The notes below the pieces were generated by a model, which worked only from the letters and a program-made list of their open reading frames with translations, was not told where the DNA came from and searched no databases. Below are positions 53,633 through 64,000 of a stretch of 64,000 nt of DNA, piece after piece; within the stretch, counting starts at the first letter, position 1; every line of letters starts with the position of its first letter. The DNA is from Octopus sinensis. Taxonomy: Eukaryota. Where the stretch lies: contig NC_043000.1 of assembly GCF_006345805.1 (NCBI RefSeq), forward strand, positions 103,540,001 through 103,604,000, in the 5' to 3' direction. Both the position numbers and the translations under genes were made by a program.

Positions 53633-54928
53633 CTGGAACATATAACATTATTGTTTTGTGATTATGATAAGTATTTCAATGATTTAGTATTTGCTACATG
53701 AATATAGAATCTGAACTTTCCAATTGTAAGACAAATTAAGAAGTTAAGATTTTATGGTCTTTGCAAAATTTTGAGGAACATATATTAACTGATAGGTTTC
53801 TTGCTATAAATTATCGCTAATTTGTACTATGAAAAATAAAATAAAACAATGAGTTATATCTTGCCTTGCAAAATCAAATAACTAATATCAGGATGATGAT
53901 TTTTGCATATTTATGAAAATATTATTACTGTAATTGGTTCGTGGCTGTCATAAAAACAAAAGTGTTTATCTTGTTCTGATGAAACCAATTATGAATATGA
54001 TGATATTCAGTGTCACCTTTCAATTAATCTTTTATATTATGTATCTGTTGACATGTGATACACAGATTGCTATTTCAAACTAATACTGCTTCCGTTGCAC
54101 ATAACGAATTTTATATTCACGTTGTCGGTCAACTGCGACATCGGTGGTTTTACAATCATTAATTTGTTCTATTAGTCACGGCAGAGCTTGGTTTAGCATG
54201 TGATTATCAGTGGATACTTCTACTGACCAGACCTAAAGAGGTACTGGTAGATCGTCTGGGACTAGTATATCGTCTAGCACTGATATATTTTTGTGATTTT
54301 AAAAAACGTATATCTATAAGAAATAGTATTTCGGAATGAATATGTTTATATCCATTTTCATACAAACTTTACTCAACTGCTTCTGCTGTAAAATAGTGCT
54401 TTTCGTCAAACATCATGAAATAGATATATTACTGTGGTAATAATTACTGTCACTGTTACTACTCACAGTTATTTCCATCATCTCGCAGGTCAATCGAAAA
54501 TGAGGTTTTCGAATAATATTTAAACTGGGCTGATTCCTGATCAGCAAGGTTCACGACTAAAACAACTAATGACGGATACCATACATTCGTTCTTAGAAGA
54601 GTAAATCCGATTTTCGGTCAAGCATTTCCAGTCTTCTGTATTAAACAATTTCGTCAGTTCGATAACCAGAATCTGTACAGTTACTTCATTTGAACTTTTG
54701 TAGGATATCTATTCCCGATCACGTTTCACAATTTTCACGCAAGACTTGTGAAAAGAAGTCAATGTCTACATGAAGGATATCTTTCTAGGATACGATAATG
54801 ACTAATAAATAGATTCGATCTTTAAATGTATTTTTGTCTACGCTGTCGGCACTAGTCGTCCTTCTAAACAGTCACAATGTTAAAATAATAACTAATGAAG
54901 ATGAGAATATCTAAAAATATCAACTTAC

Positions 54929-54970
54929 CAGTTGGTTTTTCAAGAGAGTCTTTTGCTTGCTTCTTATTAT
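54929..54970 (-). CDS. Exon A2, 42 nt (NKKQAKDSLEKPT)
   Basis: Consensus sites intact, open frame. Confidence 0.75.
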
Positions 54971-55198
54971 CTACAATCGAAAGAAATATGATTTTTCAGA
55001 AAAGAAAATCACAAATCATTTGGCGAATGATTATTAATTTTACTGTTTCTGTTTAGTATAGTAGATGGTTAAATCTATGAAGCTGCGGGGTTATTTTAAG
55101 TACATTAATATATTAAGCATTCTTTTTAACGATTATGGATGGTAGAAATGGTAAACCACTGGATTTATTCCGAAATGCTAGAATGAATATCAACTTAC

Positions 55199-55240
55199 AT
55201 CTTACCACCTTACGTGTACCTTTTGTGTATTTCCGAACAT
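55199..55240 (-). pseudogene. Exon B2, acceptor lost (AG to CG)
   Basis: Frame open, donor gtaagt, acceptor reads ctgtcg. Confidence 0.65.
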
Positions 55241-55568
55241 CGACAGTTCGAAAGAAATATTGTAAGACATTAAAAAAAAACACACATAACTAATTATATT
55301 TCTGTCTAGGATAATAAATGGTTGAATCTGGAAATCATAGGTTATGTAATTACATTTACATTAAACAACCCTTCAAGGACAATGGGTTGTAAAATTGGTA
55401 AAACGCTATAATGATTCAACTTTCTCTTCTCAAGAGTTTCATTTCATAACATCTAGTCGGATTCGAAGTACGTATTCGTTAGGAGGTGTGTGACTATTTT
55501 ACAAAAGGCATTTGTTGTTTAATGTGATAGAAAATGTTTAAATGATTCGTAAATACATATCGACTTAC

Positions 55569-55616
55569 TTTTTGATTCTTCAGTCGTGAAAGTTTTATTC
55601 GAGACGGTTCTAGTAG
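55569..55616 (-). CDS. Exon C2, 48 nt (TRTVSNKTFTTEESK)
   Basis: Acceptor gttcaag, donor gtaagt. Confidence 0.7.
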
Positions 55617-56731
55617 CTTGAACATATAACATTATTGTTTTTGTGTTAATAATAAATATTTCAATAATTTAGTATTTACTACGTAAATATAGAGTTTGAA
55701 CTTTCCAATTGTAAGACAAATTAAGAATTTAAGACATTATGGTCTTAACAAAATTGTAAGGAACGTATATTTACTGATAGGTTTCTTGCTATAAATTATC
55801 GCTAATTTGTACTATACAAAATAAAATAAACAATGAGTTATATCTTGGCTTGCAAAATCAAATAACGAATATCAGGATGATGATTTTCGCATATTGTTAC
55901 GTGGCTGTCATAAAAACGAAAGTGTTTATCTTGTTCTGATGAAACCAATTATGAATATTATGATATTCAGCGTCACCTTTCAATTAATCTTTTATATTAT
56001 GTATCTATTGAAATGTGATACACAGATTGCTATTTCAAACTAATACTGCTTCCGTTGTACATAACGAATTTTATATTCACGTTGTCGGTCAACTGCGACA
56101 TCGGTGGTTTTACAATCATTTGTTTGTTCTATCAGTAACAGCAGAGCTTGGTATAGCATGTGATTATCTGTGGATACTTCTACTGACCAGACCCAAAGAG
56201 GTACTGGTATATCGTCTGGGACTAGTATATCGTCTTGTACTGATATATTTTTGTGATTTTAAAAAGCGTAAATCTATAAGAAATACTATCTCAGAATGAA
56301 TATGTTTATATCCATTTTCATACAAACTTTACTCAACTGCTTCTGCTGTAAAATAGTATTTTTCGTCAAACATCATGAAATAGATATATTACTGTGGTAA
56401 TAATTACTGTTACTATTACTACTCATAGTTATTTCCATCATCTCACCAGTCAGTCGAAAAGGAGGTTTTCGAATGATATTTAAACTGGGCTGATTCCTGA
56501 TCAGCAAGGTTCACGACTAAAACAACTAACGACGGATACCATACATTCGTTCTTAGAAGTGTAAATCATATTTACGGCCAATCATTTCCAGTCTTCTGTA
56601 TTCAACGATTTCGTCAGTTCGATAACCGGAATCCGTATAGTTACTTAATTTGTACTTTTGTAGGATTTCTATTCCCGATCACGTTTCACAATTTTCACGC
56701 AAGACTTGTGAAAAGTCTACATGAAGGATAT

Positions 56732-57115
56732 ACTCTTTTACTCTTTTACTTCTTTCAGTCATTTGACTGCGGCCGTGCTGGAGCACCGCCTTTAGTCGAG
56801 GAAATCGACCCCGGGACTTATTCTTTGTAAGCCCAGTACTTATTCTATCGGTCTCTTTTGCCGAACCGCTAAGTGACGGGGACATAAACACACCAGCATC
56901 GGATGTGAAGCAATGCTAGGGGGACAAACACAGACACACAAAACACACATGTATATATATATAAATATATACGACAGGCTTCTTTTCAGTTTACCAAATC
57001 CACTCACAAGGGCTATAGCAGAAAACACTTGCCCAAGATGCCACGCAGTGGGACTGAACCCGGACCCATGTGGTTGGTTAGCAAGTTACTTACCACACAG
57101 CCACTCCTGCGCCTA
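56732..57115 (-). mobile_element. SINE family 1 inserted in tandem unit 3
   Basis: Accounts for the ~370-bp extra length of unit 3; absent from the other units. Confidence 0.9.
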
Positions 57116-57262
57116 TCGTTCTAGAATACGATAATGACTAATAAATGGATTCGATCTTTAATTATATTTGTGTCTACGCTGTCGGCACTAGTCGTCCTTC
57201 TAAACAGTCACAATGTTAAAATAATAAATCATGAAGATGAGAATATCTAAATATCAACTTAC

Positions 57263-57304
57263 CAGTTGGTTTTTCAAGAGAATCTTTTGTATTTTTCTTA
57301 TTAT
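57263..57304 (-). CDS. Exon A3, 42 nt (NKKNTKDSLEKPT)
   Basis: Consensus sites intact, open frame. Confidence 0.75.
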
Positions 57305-57533
57305 CTACAATCGAAAGAAATATGATTTTTCAGAAAAGAAAATCACAAATCACTAAGCTAATAATTATTAATTTTACTGTTTCTGTTTAAGAGAGTAGAT
57401 GGTTAAATCTATGAAGCTGTGGGGTTATTTTAATTACATTAATATAATAAGCATTCTTTTTAACGGTTATGGATGGTAGAAATGGTAAACCACTGGACTT
57501 TATTCCGAAATGCTAGAATGAATATCAACTTAC

Positions 57534-57575
57534 ACCTTGCCACTTTACGTGTACCTTTTGTGTATTTCCGAACAT
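57534..57575 (-). CDS. Exon B3, 42 nt (VRKYTKGTRKVAR)
   Basis: Consensus sites intact, open frame. Confidence 0.7.
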
Positions 57576-57933
57576 CTAAAGTTCGAAAGAAATATTGAAA
57601 GACATTAAAAAAAAAACACACATAACTAATTATATTTCTGTCTAAGATAATAAATGGTTGAATCTGGAAAATCATAGGTTATGTAATTACATTAACATTA
57701 AACACTCTTCCACGGACAATGGGTTGTAAAATTGATAAAATGCTGAAATGATTCAACTTTCTCTCCTTAAGTGTTTTATTACATAACATCTAGTCGGATT
57801 CGAAGTACGTATTCGTTAGGAGGTGTGTGACCATTTTACAAGAGGCATTTGTTTCAAAATAGGCGCAAATTACAAGTTGTTGTTTAATGTGATAGAAAAT
57901 ATTTAAATGATTCGTAAATACATATCAACTTAC

Positions 57934-57981
57934 TGTTTGTTGCTTCAGTCGTGAAAGTTTCATTCGAGACGGTTCTAGTAG
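57934..57981 (-). CDS. Exon C3, 48 nt (TRTVSNETFTTEATN)
   Basis: Consensus sites intact, open frame. Confidence 0.75.
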
Positions 57982-59289
57982 CTGGAACATATAACATTAT
58001 TGTTTTGTGTTAATAATAAATATTTCAATAATTTAGTATTTACTACGTAAATATAGAGTTTGAACTTTCCAATTGTAAGACAAATTAAGAATTTAAGACA
58101 TTATGGTCTTATCAAAATTGTAAGGAACATATAGTTACTGATAGGTTTCTTGCTATAAATTATCGCTAATTTGTACTATAAAAAATGAAATAAAACAATG
58201 AGTTATATCTTGCCGTGCAAAATCAAAAAACCAATATTAGGATAATGATTTTCGCCTATTTATGAAAATATTATTACTGTAAATTGTTACGTGGTTGTCG
58301 TAAAAACGAAAGCGTTTATCTTGTTTTGATGAAACCAATTATGAATATGATGATATTCAGTGTCACGTTTCAATTCATCTTTTATATTATGTATCTGTTG
58401 ACATGTGATACACAGATTGCTATTTCAAACTAATACTGCTTCCGTTGCACATAACGAATTTTATATTCATGTTGTCGGTCAACTGCGACATCGGTGGTTT
58501 TTACAAACATTAGTTTGTTCTATCAGTAACGGCAGAGTTTGGTTTAGCATGTGATTATCAGTGGATACTTCTACTGACCAGACCTAAAGAGGTACTGGTA
58601 TATCGTCTGGGACTAGTATATCATCTAGTACTGATATATTTTTGTGATTTTAAAAATCCTAAAATCTACAAGAAATACTATCTCAGATTGAATATGCTTA
58701 TATACATTTTCATAGAAAATTTACACAACTGCTTCTGCTGTAAAATAGTGTTTTGCGACAACACCATGAAATAGATATATTACTGCGGTAATAATTACTG
58801 TTACTATTACTACTCACAGTTATTTCCATCATCTCACCAGTCAATCGAAAATGAGGTTTCCGAATGATATTTAAACTGGGCTGATTCCTGATCAGCAAGG
58901 TTCACGACTAAAACAACTAATGACGGATACCATACATTCGTTCTTAGAAGAGTAAATCCGATTTTCGGTCAAGCATTTCCAGTCTTCTGTATTAAACAAT
59001 TTCGTCAGTTCGATAACCAGAATCTGTACAGTTACTTCATTTGAACTTTTGTAGGATATCTATTCCCGATCACGTTTCACAATTTTCACGCAAGACTTGT
59101 GAAAAGAAGTCAAAGTCTACATGAAAGATATCTTTCTAGGATACGATAATGACTAATAAATGTATTCGATCTTTAATTATATTTCTGTCTTCGCTGTAGT
59201 CGTCCACCTATGTAACTTGTCTTCTTCTAAAGAGTCACAATGTTAAAATAATAACTAATGAAGATGAGAATATCTTAATATCAACTTAC

Positions 59290-59331
59290 CAGTTGGTTTT
59301 TCAAGAGAATCTTTTGTATTTATCTTATTAT
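59290..59331 (-). CDS. Exon A4, 42 nt (NKINTKDSLEKPT)
   Basis: Consensus sites intact, open frame. Confidence 0.75.
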
Positions 59332-59560
59332 CTACAATCGAAGGAAATATGATTTTTCAGAAAAGAAAATCACAAATCACTTAGCTAATAATTATTAATT
59401 TTACTGTTTCTGTTTAGGATAGTAGATGGTTAAATCTATGAAGCTGCGGGGTTATTTTAATTACATTAATATATTAATTATTCTTTTTAACGATTATGGA
59501 TGGTAGAAATGGTAAACCACTGGACTTTATTCCGAAATGCTAGAATGAATATCAACTTAC

Positions 59561-59602
59561 ACCTTGCCACATTACGTGTATCTTTTGTATATTTCCGAAT
59601 AT
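59561..59602 (-). pseudogene. Exon B4, acceptor lost (AG to CG)
   Basis: Frame open (IRKYTKDTRNVAR), same acceptor change as B2. Confidence 0.65.
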
Positions 59603-59954
59603 CGACAGTTCGAAAGAAATATTGTAAGACATTAAAAAATAACACACACACATAACTAATTATGTTTCTTCCTAGGATAATAAATGGTTGAATCTGGAAA
59701 ATCATTGCTTATTTAATATTAAACATCCTTTCAAGGACAATGGGTGGTAAAATTGGTAAAACGCTGTAATGGTTCAACTTTCTCTCCTTGAGAGTTTCAT
59801 TTCATAGCATCTAGTCAGATTCGAAGTACGTATTCGTTAGCTAGTGTATGACCATTTTACAAGAGGCATTTGTCTCAAAATAGGCGCAAATTACAAGTTG
59901 TTGTTTAATGTGATAGAAAATATTTAAATGATTGGTAAATACATATCCACTTAC

Positions 59955-60002
59955 TGTTTGTTGCTTCAGTCGTGGAAGTTTTATTCGAGACGGTTCTAGT
60001 AG
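59955..60002 (-). CDS. Exon C4, 48 nt (TRTVSNKTSTTEATN)
   Basis: Consensus sites intact, open frame. Confidence 0.75.
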
Positions 60003-60204
60003 CTGGAACATATAACATTATTGTTTTGTGATAATGATAATTATTTCAATGATTTATTATTTAGTACATGAATATATTGTCTGAACTTTCCAATTGTAAG
60101 ACAAGTTAAGAATTTAAGTATTTATGGTCTTCGCAAAATTGTAAGGAACATATATTTACTGATAGGTTTCTTGCTATAAATTATCGCTAATTTGTTCTAT
60201 AAAA

Positions 60205-60606
60205 TCTTTATATATAAAAGTGAAGTTGTGTATCTGTCTCCTACGACTTAGATTCCTAACTACTCCCACATTTTGCGGTGCAGTTTAACCAAAAGCAGGT
60301 GTCTTATAGTCGTGATTCATATCGAGCCCTTCTGGGTATTAGCGCGCGTCTACGATAAGTCTACGATTTTAAAAATAATTTACCATCATTTTTTCCCCAT
60401 TTTTAACGCATTTTTTTCGCTATTATATAAGGAAAGTAACTCTCTAAAAATGTCTACGATGAGTCAACGATTAAAAAAAAAATTTACCATCATTTTCTTT
60501 CCATTTTTAATGCATTTTTTTTGCTATTTTTTGGCTATAACTCTCTAAAAATGCTTACATAGTTATTTCCCATACAAACCCGAGCAACGCCGGGCGATAC
60601 TGCTAG
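60205..60606 (+). mobile_element. Non-autonomous Helitron
   Basis: 5' TC, 3' CTAG, subterminal hairpin CCCG-AGCAACGC-CGGG, inserted at A|T in the tandem unit, no TSD. Confidence 0.85.
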
Positions 60607-61085
60607 TATAAAATAAAACAATGAGTTATATCTTGCCTTGCAAAATCAAATAACGAATATTAGGATGATGATTTGGAAGAAATGGCATCAAGGTCTGATA
60701 GTGTTTAGTGCTGCCTGAAATTAATCGTATTTTACTCTCATTATCCCTTCCATAAACAACGTACAAATATTATTCAATGGTTGATTCTGTCAGCTACGTT
60801 GAGGTAACCAAAATTAAGAGGAAGTGTTCACTGTTGGATAAGCCCGTTGTAGTTCGGGCTTCCGCCGCTAGAAACCACTTGATGCAACCCTCGGGCATCA
60901 GTCTGCCGACCGACGTCGTCAAGTAAAGTCGTACTGACACGTGGTGCGTCTTTGTTTTGCAGTGCTTCTCCGTAGAGAATCACAGAGGTGGGGGGGGGGG
61001 ACAGAGATCGAATAAACTACATTGGTGAAACCAACATAACATTCAAGACACAAGACACTCAACGAAATGTACATGTTTATCAACA

Positions 61086-61133
61086 TGCTTGCTGCTTCAA
61101 TTGTGTCAGTTGTATTCAAGATAGTCTCAGTAG
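61086..61133 (-). pseudogene. Diverged exon-C paralog (TETILNTTDTIEAAS), donor damaged
   Basis: Acceptor ttatatcttccag homologous to exon C; 48 nt open; gtaagt replaced. Confidence 0.5.
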
Positions 61134-61859
61134 CTGGAAGATATAACGTATATCTCTTATAATGATACTTTAACTAAGTATTACATAAATATCTGGTCTT
61201 GAATTTTTAGTGTATGACAAATAAGGAAGTTGAACATGACGACTTACTCAAGATTGTAAGGAATCATAAGTATCTTTCTATGAATGTAAACGGTGATTTA
61301 CAAGTTTGCTGTAAAATCTATAAAATTCATATATTGTATCTACTAAACAAATATTGAACAATTAAAATGGCGTTTAGTGTTACCTGAATTCAATTATATA
61401 ACTTGAATTATAATAAACCAACAGTGATCATATTTTACCTTTCCTCTTCCCATAAACAATGTGCAAGGTAGATTCAATCCACAAACTCAACTTCCATAGA
61501 AAATAAACTTACTTAGCTCTGTAGTAAAATAATATTTCAGTCATTTGATGATGAAGTACATGAATAACATTGTCCATATTTTCCATTTTATCCAATGCGG
61601 TCTTTAGATTTTAGTACAGACAGAATATAAGACTTAATTATAATAGTTAATCAGATATTTACTTCATTACACACGCAGGCAACTACCAAATGAAAGATGT
61701 GTTTCCTTACTTTCAGTTGCCTCGGTTTTGATAAAAGATTACCACACACAAACCACGACCAATTAAACTGTATTCTAAGTAAAGCTTTTGATCTAGTCTC
61801 AAGATATGAACTTATTTTTTCATTGTTGAGAGAACAGTATATGTACACTATATATTAAT

Positions 61860-62060
61860 GGAGGTGCCTGGCTTTGCCGTTAAGGTGTTTGACTCATGAT
61901 CGTAAGATAGTGGTTTTGATTCCTATGTGTTGTGTTCTTAAGCAAAATACTTCATTTCACGTTGCCCCAGTCTACCTGGCAAAAATGAGTAATCCTGCGG
62001 CGGTGTATATATATTCCAGTGGATAATGTTTACGCCACAGAAACCGGGTAATCGACCATA
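61860..62060 (+). mobile_element. Degenerate SINE family 3
   Basis: TCATGATCGTAAG head and TTTCACGTTGC core. Confidence 0.65.
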
Positions 62061-62169
62061 ACTCGGAAAGGAACTTTAGCTACCCTGCCCCCCATTTTTT
62101 TTTTTTAGATGTATAAGAATATTTACTAAAAATGTGAGAACGATTAGGTATCAATATTTGACCAACAAA

Positions 62170-63990
62170 GGCGGCGATATGGTCGCAACGTTGGCGTGTC
62201 GGACAAAATGCCTATCGGCATTTCTTCCGGCTCTCTATATGCTAAGTTCAGATCATGCCGAAGTTATCCTTTCATCACTTTCATCATTTCGGGGTCGATA
62301 AAATATAGTACCAGTTTAAATACCAAGGTCGATATAATCGACTAACCATCTCCTAAAACTGCAGGCCTTATGTGAGAATTTGAAGCAATATTTGATAGAA
62401 TACACTATTTTATTTATACTAATTTTGCTACCAGAAAGTTTTCATTACCATTAAAATTGCTATCTTTTATTCTTGAATTTAAAAAATGTTATTTTATCAG
62501 AAAGGAACAAAATCTTATTTCTATTATTTAAAGCAACAATGTTAGAAACCTACTCTTAATGTTTTATAGCATTTAGTCTCGCCTTAATCCTGTCCGATTA
62601 ATTTGTCTTCATCTGTATGAGAGTGAATGAAGAGACTGTTCGATACATAGATTGGAGTGATTAGTCTCTGATAAATGCAGATTAATAAGTTGTCAGTTTA
62701 TCAGTAACCGCCTGATTGATCATAACGGATTATTAATGTTGCGATTCAAGGAGGCGGACAGGCAAAACCATTAGAGTCGGAAAAAAGCGCCTTGCGCTCT
62801 TTGTTCTAGCTCTTTACATCTTGTGTTTAAGTCCCATTGAGGTCAACTGTAGATTTCAATCTTTTGGTATTGATAAAATAAAGTACCGATCTAGTATTGG
62901 AGTTGGTGGTAATACCACTGTGGTATTGACTAACGCTCCCGTCAAAGTTGCTAGTTTTGTGCCTAAATCAGAAATTATTATTGACGTTGCATTATCTGTG
63001 TAACTATAATACAACAAACCGTAAATAAATACGTAAGCACAAGCTCTCTGTTTCAATTTTAAAGCACAAGGAAACGTTTGAATATTAAGCTAATGGTTTG
63101 TTAATATATTGTATAGAATAGGGAGGCAAACTGGCAAAATCATTTTCGCGCCGGAAAAAGTTTAGCAACATTTTTTCCAATGTTACGTTCTAAGTTCAAA
63201 TGTCGCCGAGGTCGATTTTGCTTTGCAACATTTCGGGGTCCATAAGATAAGAACCAGTAGAACGCTGGTATCGATGTAATAGACCTAATCCTTTCCCACA
63301 AATTTCTGACCTTGTGCCAAAATTTAAAATCAATATGTCGTGTTGAATACTAGAATATTGTTAATTTGAAACTGAAAAGAAAAAGCTTAGTTCTGAGATC
63401 AAATGCCGCCGAGGTCGGTTTTGCCTTTCATCCTTTCTGGATCGATAAAATAAGTACCAATTGCATACTAAGGTCGATGTAGTTGACTAGGCCCCATCCC
63501 CCGAAATTGCTAGCTTCATACAAAAATCTAAAATCATTATTTAATCTAAATCCTGATGGCGAACTTGCAGAATCGCTAGCACGTTAGTTGTAGTTCCTCA
63601 TTCTAATGTTCTGAGTTCAAATTCCACAGAGGTCGACTTTGCTTTTCATCCTTTGGAGGTCGATAAAATGCATAACATTTGCGTACTTGAGTCCATATAA
63701 TCAACTAGGCCCCTCCCCATAAATTTCAGGATTTGTGCCTATAGTAGAAAGAATTAGTAAATCAAAGTGCAAGGCGGCAAGCTGGTTGAGTCGTTACCGC
63801 ATCGGACAAAATGCCTAGTGGCAATTCTTCTTCCTTTACGTTCTAAGTTCAAATCTCGCTGAGGTCGACTTTGTCTTTTACCTTTTCGGGGTCGATGAAT
63901 AAGTGCCAGTTTTACACACAAGGGTTGATGTAAGTGACTCATCCTTTTTGCCAAATTTTAGGTTTTGTGTGTCTATAGCAGAGATAATTA
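62170..63990 (+). mobile_element. Cluster of diverged SINE family 2 copies
   Basis: At least five repeats of the GAGGTCGA..CCTTTCGGGGTCGATAAA..AGTACCAG block. Confidence 0.75.
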
Positions 63991-64000
63991 TTCAATCTAA

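Larger units (their letters stand above)
51590..60670. repeat. Tandem array of four ~2.0-kb units plus partial units
   Basis: Marker GAACTTTCCAATTGTAAGAC recurs near 51741, 53707, 55692, 58056 and 60077. Confidence 0.95.

Noticed and set aside
54372-54384. 13-nt micro-exon-like segment conserved in all units
   Set aside because: Not a multiple of 3 and no compensating exon found
51590-60670. Array as a snoRNA/miRNA cluster or CRISPR
   Set aside because: No clean C/D box pairs with terminal stems on the transcribed strand, no repeat-spacer structure, and the context is eukaryotic
61513-61518. 6-nt exon candidate AGCTAA with good splice sites
   Set aside because: The homologous site at 39120-38 suggests a 19-nt unit of different phase; cannot be placed in frame
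62554-62612. 59-nt segment with strong splice sites
   Set aside because: Stops in all three frames

Overview
AT-rich eukaryotic DNA, most likely Octopus (inferred from the tRNA-derived SINE families and very long (TA)n arrays). Much of it is decayed mobile DNA: a CsRn1-clade Ty3/Gypsy element, Naiad-type Penelope-like elements (RT, GIY-YIG and hammerhead-ribozyme motifs), a full-length L1/Tx1-like LINE with a 17-bp TSD plus two partial relatives, CR1 and RTE fragments, a Tc1, a Helitron, MITEs and three SINE families. The main signal, which the ORF track misses, is a minus-strand gene made of short exons (42-54 nt). All are multiples of 3, phase 1-1, open in frame and flanked by consensus splice sites, from about 37 kb to 61 kb and possibly continuing to about 20.6 kb. 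A roughly 2-kb cassette holding three such exons is tandemly repeated four times (51.6-60.7 kb), with unit-specific splice-site loss. The encoded peptide is S/T/K-rich and mucin-like, with N-x-T sequons. Exon calls come from reading splice signals by eye; no transcript evidence was available and the 5' end of the gene was not found.
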